Origin: Squalus acanthias | Lineage: Eukaryota | Assembly (NCBI GenBank): GCA_030390025.1 | Contig: CM059432.1 | Coordinates: forward strand, 109,308,001-109,372,000 | Length of the DNA stretch: 64,000 nucleotides | Reading direction: 5' to 3' | Shown: piece by piece, positions 39,290 to 52,867 of the stretch | Position numbering within the stretch: the first letter of the stretch is position 1 | How the letters are laid out: every line of letters begins with the position of its first letter | Position numbers and translations under genes: made by a program | The notes under the pieces: model-generated | The model's input: only the letters and a program-made list of their open reading frames with translations | What the model was told of the DNA's origin: nothing | Database searches by the model: none

Positions 39290-40985
39290 CTCCATCAATA
39301 GCAGGACTTCTGAGGTGACTTTCTAGCAGGAGCCTTGGGAGTCTGAGGTGGCCTTTGTCTCGGGGCAGCTGAGGCCCAGGAGGGAACCACTCCAGGCTGT
39401 GTCTCTGCTGTAGCAAGAAGACCCTACCTCTGGCTACTCTATCCAACATGTACAGGCATCTGAGGGGAACTAGCGGGAGCGCACACATGTTACCACGTCC
39501 TGAGAGATAGCGCCACTGTGCACACACACACCCGCCAAGCCACTAGTACTGGGCTCCTGCTCTGGTTGGCCAGCAATGGTGCCATTCAAATCATTGGCAC
39601 CCTGGGTGATAACCCTCTGCACACTGGTGCCCAAGGCTTCTATGACAGCAGCTGCAGCTTCCATTACCAAACGCTGCCATTGCCCTCAGATCCTCTGGTG
39701 GGAGGACCACTTCCGCAGGAGCTGCTATTTGTCGGCTACTCACACTTCCATCACGATGCCACACATCTGGGGAGTGGAATCCTCCAAATAACTTACCAGC
39801 TGCAGCATGTTCTTGGACACCATCTCCACCACTTGCCATGAGTTTGATGCTCAGCTCTGCATTCATCTTTGAAATGCCGGACATATGAGATCTGGTGTCC
39901 CAAGGCTCCTCAATTGAGGGCTGGTGCCTCCTATCCCTAGCAATGACTGTCTCCTCACCTGCCACCCCAAGCTCCTGTTCACCACTTACGCTCTGTGCAT
40001 CACCATTTGATCTCCCTTCAGCCTCGAAGTAACTAAGCCCTCCCAGGTGAGGTCTTTGAGCTGGAGCTTGAGATGGAGACGCAATGACGGGGTTGGTCAA
40101 GAGGATCTGGGTGGTGGTGAAACTTGAGGGCCCTGGATATGAGGTTGCTGCTCCTCTGCTCGTTCCTGCAGTTCCCCACCGAGGGCAGAAAAAGAGAAGA
40201 GATTATCAGGGATAACTGAATGGCGCAATGGCCAGCACACTTTAAGAACAAATTATGAGCTTAAGTACTGACGATGTATTGTGATGACAGTCTGCATTTT
40301 CACTTGAGCAGTGGGAACTGAAGAGACACAACACGAGCGCGGCAATTTTGGACTTGCTGCCGCCCCTTTTATGCCTAAAAATGGGACGGTAGTGGGACCA
40401 AAATCATGTGGCGGATTGATCTGCTGACCTAGCGCTGGTTGTTCACCCGTTCTGATTTTCGGAGGGACCTCGAATTAGGTAGGCCCAGAGATCCCTTTGG
40501 AAACACCTTGCTACTGCCAGTTCCTCAACCCACCCACACACCATGGGCAGCACAAGTCTGGAGGCTGCCGTTTCCATCTGTATTTAAAGGGATCCTTAGC
40601 TGCAGTAAAGGGAAAGCTGGAAGCAGGTCTGGTGTTAATTTCTACTGCAGTTGCTTGTGGGTTTTGAGGCTTCCAATATTTGCCCTTGCTGCTGCAGGCA
40701 CTGCAATCATTTTCCTTATAAACCGCTTTGCCTCTCACTCCTGATGCTTCTGCTCCTCCCCTTTAAGGTGCTGCTGCAGGCCCATCAACATCGGGGACCT
40801 GCCATATTTCCCACCCTCCCAATTGGCGAGCTGCCTATAAGGAGCGCAATTAACATTAGCAGCTCAGCCTTTCAATGTTAATGAGGCCCGACCATGAAAA
40901 TTGATCAGGCCTCCCACTGGCTGTAATGAGCTGGCAGAGCGGACAGCCCACCTACCCCCGGCCCAATTGACAATCACCCCAAGCT
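39290..40985 (-). mobile_element. Decayed Harbinger Myb-gene-like remnant (39290-40260) and MITE-like insert (~40337-40985)
   Basis: Low-complexity QPEQEPSTSG-type coding remnants and GC-rich subterminal-like motifs; boundaries uncertain. Confidence 0.35.
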
Positions 40986-41189
40986 GCTTCTTCACCAACC
41001 AGCAGCCGGTAGCTTTCCTCCTACTTCTCCATCTCCCACTGCATCCTCCGTCTTCCTCCCCTCAATGGGAGAAAGGCTTGGGTTTCCTACCCCTCTCTTT
41101 TGTTTGGTCCAATAGAGTGGCACCAGACACAACCCCTGAACAATTAATCATTGACAAGTGAACCCCTCTTTCAAGGGAAGAACTACAAA

Positions 41190-42680
41190 AGAAAGAATGG
41201 AAGAACGCCTTTATATGGCATTTTTCACAACCTCAGGACATCCCAAAGCACTTTACAGACAATGAAGTACTTTTGCAGTGTCGTCACTGTTGTAATGTAG
41301 TGAAATGCGGCCAATTTGTACACAGCAAGATCACACAAACAGCAATGAGATAACAACTAGATAATCTGTTTTTTTTAGTGGTGTTGATTGAGGGATATCT
41401 ATTGGCCCAGATACTGACAGGAACTCCCCTACTGTTTTTCAAATAGTGCCATGGGATCTTTTACGTCCATCTGAGAGGGCAGATGGGGCCTCGGTTTAGC
41501 ATCTCATCTGAAAGCCAGTACTTTTGACAGTGCAGTACTCCCTGAATACCGCACTGAATTGTCAGCCCAGATTTTGTGCTCGAGTTTTGTAGATTTCAAA
41601 AAACCCTGTACAATGGCAAAATGCTGAAAGCCTGTTTGGCCCAGTGGTAAGGGCATGAAACGGTTAAACTTCGAGGCACAGAAAAGGTGCCAGTCATCAA
41701 ACTCTGCAGTTCTTGGAGAACACATTGATACTGGACAATGAAAGCTTTGAACTCTGAAAAGGACATTGACATTGAACTGTGAGGCCTGGAATCATGATTG
41801 GTTTCGATGGGAAAAATTAACATCTGGACAATGCTCTGAGTTTAACTGAAACAATGGGGGTCACGATCGACTTCCTGACATGAATGGAAGATACACGAGT
41901 CCCGAGCAGACAATCAGCCAACCGCCCATCAACAGTAATAGAAATCACATTGAATATGCGTTACAGAAAGCGGGAGAGGAGATAAGGATTTAGCTTCTAT
42001 CTCACAACTCTGTACACCTCCGGTGATTGAATTATAGGTTGACGAGGTGTGAATTTCAGACAGTTCAGCAAACCGACAACCGAAACTGGTTGGGGGAGGC
42101 CCAGCATGGGGCCAGGTGACTAAAAGAACTATAAGAAGGAACCACACGACAGCTCTCTCTCTCTTTCGCTCAGAAGCTCTCTTTCACTCGGAAGCTCTCG
42201 CTGGGAAGCTAGCTCTGACTACAGCAACTGCCAGGTGTAAGAAGGAAGGGAAGACGGTCATCTCCAGCTCCCAGCCTGCAATCGACGTCGGCCACGACCA
42301 GCTGGACGGGTGATTGTAAGTATCATTGACTCTACAAGAGGTTTGTGCTGTGTAGGCAGCTGCAGTCAGATAAAGGAGGATGGGGACAGGTCATCTCCGA
42401 TCCAGGCCTACAATCCACAATGGTAACGACCGGCCGTATGGGTGATTGTAAGTTTCAGCCAAACCTCAACAGGTTTTTGTCTGTGTTTTGTTGGTTTTAA
42501 TAAACCAACAGTTTTGGGTTGAACCTAAACCTTTGTGTCGTCTATCATTTTGTTCCTGTAAAACCCAGAGTCAAAAAACCCTTGTAAGGACGAGGAAACC
42601 AAACACCTTACAGTTTCTGGAGGGAGTCTTGAACCTACAGTCTTCTGATTCAGAGGTGAGACTGCTGCCACTGACATATA
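41190..42680 (-). mobile_element. Deu-SINE split by a solo LTR (SINE at 41190-41587 and 42613-42680)
   Basis: Collinear with the copy at 32723-33113 on both sides of the insert. Confidence 0.8.
41588..42612 (+). mobile_element. Solo LTR, 1025 bp
   Basis: TGTAG..TTACA termini, exact TSD GTTT, TATAAG ~42130, AATAAA 42499-504. Confidence 0.88.
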
Positions 42681-43339
42681 ACTGGCACATCCAAAATAAA
42701 AGTGCGTGCATAAAATTAAAATATGATGTGGTTTACATTGTCAAGAAAACATGATACGTCCAGCGGTTCCCACCGGTCAAGTGAACCAGTGGACACCACA
42801 TGATTTAGTTCCAAGGTCACCTGGGCACCCACAAGGCTTTAGAACAGGGGGAAACAGTCAGAGCATCCCCTGCCATCGATCCTATGCATCCTGGACTTGT
42901 GGATGGAGATGGGTTTCCTCCCTCACTTCTTTATGTAAAGTTGCATGCAGTCTTCCACTTTTAAACTGAAAGCACAGAATATGAAGGTACCCTGCTGGAA
43001 TGCAACCCTGGTGCGAGTAAGCATTCCGTAATGGGAGTGAGGATGGGTGCAGGAAATCAGCAAGTATGTAAATCAGTCTTTCACTATGGTCTTCTCTGTT
43101 CGGCTGTAAGTGAAGGAACACTTGCAGTGGAACTAAGGGTGTGTGAAGTATCTCATACATTTCAGGAAAGTCATACAGGGAATGCTCGGGGTGGGGGGGT
43201 GGGGGTGAAAACGTGAAACATGCTTCTAACATTGCAATGGGTCAAGTTATGACTGTTTCCTGTTAGTTGACTTGATGAAGTAATGATAATTCTTCTGGCT
43301 ATGTGTTGCCATGTTGGAGTTGCTGGAGCTGGCACTCAG

Positions 43340-43497
43340 TGCCCAGTGGCCTAGCAAGCCACTCAATTGTACTAAACCACTACAAGTATTGTGCAGCTCA
43401 AGCAGAAGGCCCACCTCCACCTTTTCAGGGCACCTAAGGAAGGGCAATAAATGCTGGCCTTGCCAACGATGCCCACATCCCGGGAATGAAAAAAAAG
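43340..43497 (+). mobile_element. Short non-autonomous derivative of the Zenon-like LINE (5'UTR piece fused to the 3' end)
   Basis: TGGCCTAGCAAGCCACTCAATT resembles the reverse complement of 47700-47722; ends GGGCAATAAATGCTGGCCTTGCC...CCCACATCCC plus A-tail. Confidence 0.65.
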
Positions 43498-43509
43498 GCA
43501 CAGAGTCAA

Positions 43510-43990
43510 AGCAAGAGAGACTAGGAGGTGTGATCAAAAGGTGAGTTTTAAGGATTGCCTTAAAGCAGGGCAGGAAGATGCAGCTGTGGAGAGGTTTAGG
43601 GAGGGAGCGCCAGAGAGTGAGATCTAGGCAGCAGAAGGCAAGGCCAGCAATGGTGGGGCAAAGGGTGGGGGGGTGCAGAAGAGGCAGAGTCAGAGGAACA
43701 GAGAGTTCAAGAGCAGGGATTTCCTACATTACAACAGTAACGACACTTCAAAAGTAGTTCATTGGCTGTAAAGTGCTTTGGGACGTCCCGAGGTCGTGAA
43801 AGGTGCTATATAAATGCAAGACTTTCTTTCATTTAGGTTTGGAAGAGGTTACAGAAATAGAGAGGGGAAAAGCCATGGAGGGTTTTAAACAGAAGAAGGA
43901 GAATTTTAATTTTGAGGCATTGGGGACCAGGAGCCAATGTAGATCAATGAGGATAGGGTGACAAGCGAGCAGGACATGGTGTGTGATAAG
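43510..43990 (-). mobile_element. L2-like fragment with an internal Deu-SINE 3' piece (43718-43830, +)
   Basis: Similar to 10290-10620; insert CCTACATTACAACAG...GCTATATAAATGCAAG. Confidence 0.65.
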
Positions 43991-44151
43991 GCAGGGGTTC
44001 TTAACCTTTTTGCTTCTGAGGCCCCCCTCCCATGTTATAAAAATTCCACGGGCTTCCTGTAACACAACACAAGTATTTTTTCTGTATACAATTAGTTAGA
44101 CAAGTAACCATACATATTTATTATTATTTTGGTTTTACTTACTTAATTATC

Positions 44152-47100
44152 ATGAAGAGAGGATATGAGAATAGAATGGCAGCTAACATAAAAGGTAATC
44201 CAAAAGTCTTCTATAGGCATATAAATAGTAAAAGGGTAGTAAGAGGAGGGGTGGGGCCGATTAGGGACCAAAAAGGAGACCTATGCATGGAGGCAGAGGG
44301 TATGACTGAGGTGCTAAATGAATACTTTGCATCTGTCTTCACCAAGGAAGAAGATGCTGCCATAGACATAGTGAAGGAGGAGGTAGAGGAGATACTGGAT
44401 GGGATAAAAATTGATAAAGAGGAAGTACTAGAAAGGCTGGCTGTACTTAAAGTAGATAAGTCACCAGGACCAGATGGGATGCATCCTAGGATGCTGAAGG
44501 AAGTGAAGGAAAAAATCGCAGAGGTACTGGCCATAATCTTCCAATCCTCCTTAGAAACGGGGGTGGTGCCAGAGGACTGGAGAATTGCAAATGTTACACC
44601 CTTGTTCAAAAAGGGGTGTAAAGATAAACCCAGCAACTACAGGCCAGTCAGTTTAATCTCGGTAGTGGGGAAGCTTTTAGAAACAATAATCAGGGACAAA
44701 ATTAACAGTTACTTGGACAAGTGTGGATTAATTAAGAAAATCCAGCACGGATTTTTTTAAATTTTTTTATTTGTTTATGGGATTTGGGCGTCGCTGGCAA
44801 GGGCAGCATATATTGCCCATCCCTAGTTGCCCTTGAGAAGGTGGTGGTGAGCTGCCTTCTTGAACCACTGCAGTCCATATGGTGAAGGTACTCCCACAGT
44901 GCTGTTAGGTAGGGAGTTCCAGGATTTTGACCCAGCGACAATGAAGGATCGGCGATATACTTCTAAGACAGGATGGTGTGTGACTTGGAGGGGAACTTGG
45001 AGGTGGTGGTGTTCCCATGAGCCTGCTGCCCTTGTCCTTCTAGGTGGAAGAGGTCACGGGTTTGGGAGGTGCTGCCGAAGAAGCCTTGGCAAGTTGCTGC
45101 AGTGCATCTTGTAGATGGTACACACTGCAGCCATGGCACGCCGGTGGTGGAGGGAGTGAATGTTTAAGGTGGTGGATGGGGTGCCAATTAAGCGGGCTGC
45201 TTTGTCCTGGATGGTGTCGAGCTTCTTGAGTGTTGTTGGAGCTGCACTCATCCAGGCAAGTGGAGTGTATTCCATCACACTCCTTACTTGTGCCTTGTAG
45301 ATGGTGGAAAGGCTTTGGGGAGTCAGGAGGTGAGACACTCGCCGCAGAATACCTAGCCTCTGACCTGCTCTTGTTGCCACAGTATTTATGTGGCTGGTCC
45401 AGTTAAGGTTCTGGTCAATGGCGACCCCCAGGATGTTGATGGTGGGGGATTTGGTGATGGTAATGCCATTGAATTTCAAGGGGAGGTGGTTAGACTCTCG
45501 CTTGTTGGAGATAGTCATTGCCTGGCACTTCTGTGGTGTGAATGTTACCTGCCACTTATCAGCCCAAGCCTGAATATCGTCCAGGTCTTGTTGCATGCGA
45601 GCATGGACTGCTTCATTATCTGAGGAGTTGTGAAAGGCGCTGAACACTGTGCAGTAATCAGCAAACATCCCCATTTCTGACCTTATGTTGGAGGGAAGGT
45701 CATTGATGAAGCAGCTGAAGATGGTTGGGCCTAGGACACCACCCTGAGGAACTCCTGCAGCGATATCCTGGGGCTGTGATGACTGACCTTCAACCACCAC
45801 AATCATCTTCCTTTGTGCTAGGTATGACTCCAGCCAGTGGAGCGTTTTCTCCCCGAATCCCATTGACTTCAGATTTACTAGGGCTCCTTGATGCCACACT
45901 CAATCAAATGCTGCCTTGATGTCAAGGGCAGTCACTCTCACCTCACCTCTGAAATCCAGCTCCTTTGTCCATGTTTGGACCAAGGCTGTAGTGATGTCTG
46001 GAGCTGAGTGGTCTTGGCAGAACCCAAACTGGGCATCAGTGAGCAGGTTATTGGTGAGTAAGAGCTGCTTGAAAGCACTGTCGATGACACCTTCCATCAC
46101 TTTGCTGATGATTGAGAATGGACTGATTGGTCAGGTTGGATTTGTCCTGCTTTTTGTGGACAGGCCATACCTGGGCAGTTTTCCACATTGTCGGATAGAT
46201 GCCAGTGTTGTAGCTGTACTGGAACAGTTTGGTTGGAGGCGCGGCTAGTTCTGGAGCACAAGTCTTCAGCACGATAGCCGGGATGTTGTCGGAGCCCATA
46301 GCCTTTGCTGTATCCAATGCGCTCAGCCGTTTCTTGATAGCACGTGGAGTGAATCGAATTGGCTGAAGACTGGCTTCAGTGATGGTGGGGACCTCAGGAG
46401 TAGGCCGATATTGCTTCATTCACTTGGCACTTCTGGCTGAAGATGGTTGCAAACGCTTCAGCTTTGTCTTTTGCAGTCACGTGCTGGGCTCCACCATCAT
46501 TGAGGATGGGGATATTCATGGAGCCTCCTCCTCCCGTTAGTTGTTTAATGGTCCACCACCATTCACGACTGGATGTGGCAGGACTGCAGAGCTTTGATCT
46601 GATCCGTTGATTGTGGGATCGCTTAACCCTGCCTATAGCATGCTGCTTCCGCTTTTTAGCATGCATGTAGTCCTGTGTTGCAGCTTCCCCAGGTTGACAT
46701 CTCATTTTTAGGTACACCTGGTGCTGCTCCTGGCATGCTCTTCTACACTCCTTATTGAACCAGGGTTGGTCCCCTGGCTTGGTGGTAATGGTAGAGTGAG
46801 GGATATGCCGGGCCATGAGGTTACAGATTGTGGTGGAATAGAATTCTATTGCTGCTGATGGCCCACAGCGCCTCATGGATGCCCAGTTTTGAGCTGCTAG
46901 ATCTGTTCTGAATCTATCCCATTTAGCACGGTGGTAGTGCCACACAACACGAAGGAGGGTGTCCTCAGTGTGAAGACGGGACTTCGTCTCCACAATGACT
47001 GTGCGGTGGTCACTGCTACCAATATTGTCATGGACAGAAGCATCTGCGACAGGTAGATTGGTGAGGACGAGGTCAAGTAGGTTTTTCCCTCGTGTTGGTT

Positions 47101-49014
47101 CTCTCATCACCTGTCGCAGGCCCAGGCTGGCAGCTATGTCCTTCAAGACTCGGCCAGCTCGATCAGTAGTGGTGCTACCGAGCCACTCTTGGTGATGGAC
47201 ATTGAAGTTCCCTACCCAGAGTATATTCTGTGCCCTTGCTACTCTCAGTGCTTCTTCCAAGTGGTGTTTAACATGAAGAGTACTGATTCATCAGTTGAGG
47301 GAGGGTGGTAGGTGGTAATCAGCAGGAGGTTTCCTTGCCCATGCATAACCTGAAGCCATGAGACTTCATGGGGTCCGGAGTCAATGTTGAGGACTCCCAG
47401 GGCCACTCCTTCCTGACGTCACCCCTGGTGGGTCTGTCCTGCCGGTGGGACAGGGCATATCCAGGGATGGTGATGGAGGAATCTGGGACATTGGCTTAAA
47501 GGTATGATTCTGTGAGTATGATTATGTCAGGCTGTGGGACAGCTCTCCCAATTTTGGCACAAGTCCCCAGATGTTGGTGAGGAGGACTTTGCACTTTGCT
47601 GGGTGTGCCGTTGCCGTGTCCGTAGCCGGAGCCGAGGTCGATGCCGGGTGGTCCGTCCGGTTTCATTCTTATTATTGTGTTTCGTAGCGGTTTGTTAAAA
47701 CTGAGTGGCCTGCTGGGCCATTTCAGAGGGCAGTTAAGAGTCAACCACATTTGTTGAAGGTAAATCGTGTTTAACCAACTTGATCGAGTTTTTTGATGAG
47801 GTAACAGAGAGGGTTGATGAGGGCAATGCGGTTGACGTGGTGTACATGGATTTCCAAAATGCATTCGACAAAGTGCCACATGATAGGCTTGCCAGCAAAA
47901 TTGAAGCCTGTGGAATAAAAGGAACAGTGGCAGCATGGTTACGAAATTGGCTAAGTGACAGGAAACAGAGAGTAGTGGTGAACGGTTGTTTTTCGGACTG
48001 GAGGAAGGTACACAGTGGTGTTCCCCAGGGGTCGGTTCTAGGACCACTGCTTTTCTTGATATATATTAATGACTTGGATGTGGGTGAACAGGGCACAATT
48101 TCAAAATTTGCAGATGACACAAAACTTGGAAGTACAGTAAACAGTGAGGAGGATAGTGATTGAATTCAAGAGGACATAGACAGGCTGGTGGAATGAGCGG
48201 ACACGTGGCAGATGAAATTTAACGCAGCAAAGTGCGAAGTGATACATTTTAGTAGAAAGAATGAAGAGAGGAAATATAAACTAAAGGGTACAATCTTTAA
48301 GGGGGTGCATAAACAGAGAGACCTAGGGGTATATGTACACAAATCATTGAAGGTGGCAGGGCAGGTTGAGAAAACGGTTGAAAAAGCATACAGGATCCTG
48401 GGCTTCATGAACAGATGTATAGAGTACAAAAGCGTGGAAATTATGATGAACCTGTATAAAACACTGGTTCGGCCTCAACTGTGGTATTGTGTCCAATTCT
48501 GGGCACCGCACTTTAAGAAGGATGTGAAGGCCTTAGAGAGGGTGCAGAAAATATTTACGAGAATGATTCCAGGGTTGAAGGACTTCAGTTGTGTGGGTAG
48601 ACTGGAGAAGCTGGGGTTGTTCTCCTTAGAGCAGAGAAGATTGAGAGGAGATTTGATAGAGGTGTTCAAAATCATGAGGGGTCTAGACAGAGTAGATAGA
48701 GAGAAACTGTTCCCATTGTCAGAAGGGTCGAGAACCAGAGGACACAGACTTAAGGTGATTGGCAGAAGAACCAAAGGTGACATGAGGAAAAACTTTTTTA
48801 CTCAGCAAGTGGTTAGGATCTGGAATGCAATGCCTGAAAGGATGATGGAGGCAGACTCAATCATGGCTTTCTAAAGGGAATTGGTTAAGTACCTGAAGGA
48901 AAAAATTTGCTGGGCTATGGGGAAAGGGTGGGGGAGTGGGACTAGCTGATGTGCTCTTGCAGAGAGATGGGCCAAATGGCCTTCTTCCGTGCTGTAACCA
49001 TTCTATGATACATT
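44152..49014 (+). mobile_element. CR1 LINE (ORF2 fragments 44152-44755 and 47750-49014) split by a Zenon-like LINE
   Basis: KSPGPDGMHPR, NYRPVSL, QHGF | [24 protein letters not shown] and 3'UTR; the two halves join at QHGF. Confidence 0.92.
44756..47748 (-). mobile_element. CR1-Zenon-like LINE, near full ORF2 with stops and deletions
   Basis: IIILTESYL, VGNFNVHH, SSDH, RT motifs; same family as 11132-13590; ATTT at both junctions. Confidence 0.9.
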
Positions 49015-49712
49015 GGGGGAAAAATTCACTATCGACCATTTTGGGACGCTAACATCGCCTGGGCGCTAACTTTAGCGCCCGCCGCTGATTAGCGCCCGCC
49101 GCTAATTAGCGCCAGCGACCGTAAAATTGAATTTTAGCGCCCCAAGAGGGAAGTGGAGTGCTAAATCAAGCGCTCCACTTCCTTCTTAAGGCGCTAATGT
49201 TGGAGAGCAGGGCGGAGATTTCAGCAGCGCTGCACACTAGGCCGTGCAGCACTGCCGCGTTCAAAGGCTCCTTCCCTCCCTTAAAGGGAAGGGCCATCGC
49301 TGCAAGCTCTGCAATTTAAAAAGTACCTACCTGGACCACCAAGGCAGCCGCGATCCCGCGCGATTAGCCCGGCACTTTCACGTGCAGGAACCCACGGAAA
49401 AAACTAGAACAGGAAAGGTAAGTTTTTTATACTTACCTCGGCCACCTCACCTTTAATCATCGAACCCAAAGCGGCCGGCTGCCCGATGCACGCCTCCTGC
49501 AGCTGTCGGTGTTTTTGACCGGCGCTGCTGCAGGGGACGGAAGTCAATTTCGGGTCTGGGGCGCTACCGGGGCGATGCACACGGCGATGACGTCATGATC
49601 TCCGGGCAAAGGAGATCGGGGCACAACGCCCTAGCAAATATGGCGGGAGTCGATGTCAGCGTCGCGCCCGGTTGCAAAGCCATTTGTGCCCCGTTAACGC
49701 TCCCCGTGGCCG
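49015..49712 (-). mobile_element. MITE of the intact Harbinger family, inverted, one TIR lost
   Basis: Starts GGGGGAAAAATT; 49015-49200 resembles the reverse complement of 60530-60704 and 49530-49710 resembles the reverse complement of 56580-56780. Confidence 0.8.
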
Positions 49713-50895
49713 TTTGTACTGTCTCACCTTGGTCCTCAACACCAACAGCACCAGGCACACCATCAACACCAATAACAACACCACCAACCTTCTTCTCAAC
49801 CACCTGATGCTGCACAGGGCAGAGGGCATCAGCACAGGGCTGCACCACGCTGGAGGCGATACCCCCAACACAGGGTATACAGGCAGAGGATGAGCTTCCT
49901 CAACATGACTGAGCAGCTGTGGCAAAGGAGGCTCAGGCTATCGCGCCAGGTCGTCGCAGACATTTGCACATTGCTGGAGGAAGACCTGCAGCCCAGAGGA
50001 GTGTGTGGACACGACTTACCAGTGGCTGTCAAAGTCACCAGCGCCCTCAACTTCTTTGCCTCAGGCTCCTTCCAGGGATCTGCAGCAGACATTTGTGGTA
50101 TCTCGCAGTCAGCCATCCACAGATGCATCACACAGGTCACCGATGCCCTCTTTGACAAGTAAATCAATTATATCAACTGTGCCACTGATGAAACCAGTGT
50201 TACTGAGTGGGCTTTGCCACACTGGTTGGCTTCCCACTGCACACATGTGGCCATCAGGGCACCCCATCATAACCCAGGAGTCTTTGTCAAATGGAAGGGT
50301 TTCCACTCGCTCAATGTGCAGCTCGTCTGCAACCATAGGAAGATCATCATGCATGTGTGTGCCAAATTCCTTGGCAGCTGTCATGACTCTTTCGTCCTGT
50401 GCCAGTCCACCCTCCCTCAGCTCTTCACTTCTCCAAACAGACTTTCGGATTGGCTACTTGGAGACAAGGGCTCTCCACTGAAGATGCGGCTCATGACACC
50501 CTTGAGGAGCCCAAATACTGAGGTCCAGGAGAGATATAATGAAAGCCACATGTCCACCAGATGTGCCATAAATAGGCATGCTCAAAATGCGCTTCAGATT
50601 CCTTGACAGATCTGGAGGAGCCCTTCAGTACGTACCAGCCAGGGTCTCCAGAATCGTGGTCTGCTGTGCCCTACACAACATAGCGCAGCAGCGAGGATTA
50701 GCGCTGCATGAGGAGCAAGGCGCAGAGTGCACAGCCTCTTCAGAGGGGGAGGAGCAGGAGGAGCAGGAGGAGATTCATCTGGAAGACGAGGAGGAGCAGC
50801 AGCTGGAGGAACCTGCGGGCCAGATCCCACCAGCACCCGAGCACATTGCTGCCCGAGAGGCCAGGGATGGCTTCATCATGTCCAGATTTATTTAA
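49713..50895 (+). pseudogene. Harbinger (family B) DDE transposase pseudogene
   Basis: [50 protein letters not shown]; stop at 50160 and frameshifts. Confidence 0.9.
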
Positions 50896-51182
50896 CTTTA
50901 CACAGTACACCCATATGGCTGCCAGATGCTGCGCCAGGTTGGCACCACACTACAACAACACCATAAAGGATCCCTACAACGACCAAGCCATTCCTTTCAC
51001 ACTTACCATCATTGCTGGAGGTACTGTTATGTCTCACCATTCACTACAACTCACTAAGCCACTTCCAAAGATGTACACAAATGTGTCCAAGACGGGAAAG
51101 TGGTGAATATTTTTATGGTTGACAGTAACGGAAACTTGACATTAACATTGACTATAACACCCAAATGGCTACCCTTGTGAAT

Positions 51183-51860
51183 CTACTTGTGTGTCATCTT
51201 TTTCTTCCGCGTGCTTCTACGAGGTGCTACCCCTGTGGCTTCAGCAGAGGTAAAGGCAAGCTGCTCACTTCCCTGCTGCGACTGCTTAGACACCTTTGAC
51301 GGACATCCTTTGGGTTTTGGAACCTGTGATGGCCCCGCCAAAGTCTGCTCCTCCTGCGACTGTGCAGGGGAAGACTTGGCCATCGCGATCTGAGGAGCCA
51401 ACTGGGGCTCTGACTGAGGGGGTGGCAATGGGGGAGAAGTGTGAGCACTTTTGAGAGGAACCCCCACTTCCATGTCCCCTCTCACCATCATCCCTCTCAT
51501 GGGCCACCCGCACTTCCCTGCTAGCAAGGAGCTGGAGAGCACCTTGCTGCACATCAGTGAGGTCATGAGGACTCACATCTACGCTGACATCCCTCCTAGA
51601 CAGGAGGTCTATAAGCCTCTGCCATCTATGCTCCATAGATAGCTATCTATTCTCCATAGAGACCATGTGCTCCTGTGAGTGGCGCATTAGCTGCTCCATG
51701 CAGGTGACCATCCAATCCATGGAAGAGCCTACAATCACCATCGCCTACGACACGGTGGTTCTCATGTTGTAGATGGACTCCTCCATTCTCTACACATTTG
51801 CAGACATCGCACTCGAAAAACCTGTCAAAGCCTCTTGCACGTCTTCCTGCACCTCCAGGA
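51183..51860 (-). pseudogene. Harbinger family B Myb-partner gene, C-terminal remnant
   Basis: Convergent with the transposase; AGPSQ...TSAEATGVAPRRSTRK parallels AGPSR...SLAAATEVPLRRSSR in the intact element. Confidence 0.75.
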
Positions 51861-51877
51861 TCGCCCTCTTTCTGGAT

Positions 51878-52083
51878 GGCCAGGACACTGGGGAGAACAC
51901 TCCTGCTCTACTTTGAATAGTTCCATGGGATCTTTTACATCCACCTATGAGAGCAGACGGGGCCTCGGTTTAATACCTCATCCAAAAGACAGCACCTCCG
52001 ACAGTGCAGCACTCTCTCAGTACTGGCTGGCACTGGAGTGTCAGCCAAGATTATGTGCTCAAGTCTCTGGAGTGGGACTTGAT
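51878..52083 (-). mobile_element. Deu-SINE fragment
   Basis: Matches 32885-33060. Confidence 0.8.
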
Positions 52084-52867
52084 AGAAAGAACACAAATGG
52101 ATAGGGTGAAGGGGCATGGAATTCGAGTAGAAAGCTCCAACTGAATAAGTAGCACGCGTTGGACAGGAAGAAGGCTTCATAGTTTCAATGTCTGTTTTAG
52201 GGTCACTACCCCAACGCAAGAAGGAGAAATTAAATACAGTAGAGGTAGGATAACAAATTGAATTGAGGGGACGAAGGAAAATAAAATGAAAGAACCTTAA
52301 AAAAGGAAAGTTAAATAATATTTAAAAAAAAAAATAAATGTGAAAAAATGGTAAAGAAGAATACTGGAAAGAAATTTAAAATAAGAAAATTGAGAAATAT
52401 ACTTGAATAATAAAATGACAAAACTACAACAGGAAAACAAGTAGAAGATGGAAACGAATCTGTATCTGTATGTCCACCACACAATGTTCACTTAGATTAC
52501 CATACTTTCTTTCAAGAAAGTTGTACCTTTTTACACAGCGTGACTTCCCTGCCAATGCAGCTTTCCGGATGGGTAAAAGCTCCAGGTATTGATTTGCTCT
52601 CAACCTGCTATAGAATTTGTTGAGAAATTTTAAAAGCTGTTCAACAGTAAATCAATGGCTTGGGCCTTGTGGTGGGAAAAAAATGGGGTTGGTGTGACAC
52701 AGTCTGTAAATCAGGTTGATGGTACAACTTCATCCTCAACCACGCACAGTTACAGAACTTCACAAATGGGAAGATGCACCTTCCTTGCAACAAAATACAA
52801 GCAGTGCCATGTTCTCATCAACTAATTTAGTAAACAAACAATCAGCACACAACTAGCAATAGAATTA

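Noticed and set aside
42740..43230. Further Harbinger remnant
   Set aside because: Only faint resemblance; no TIR or convincing motif.
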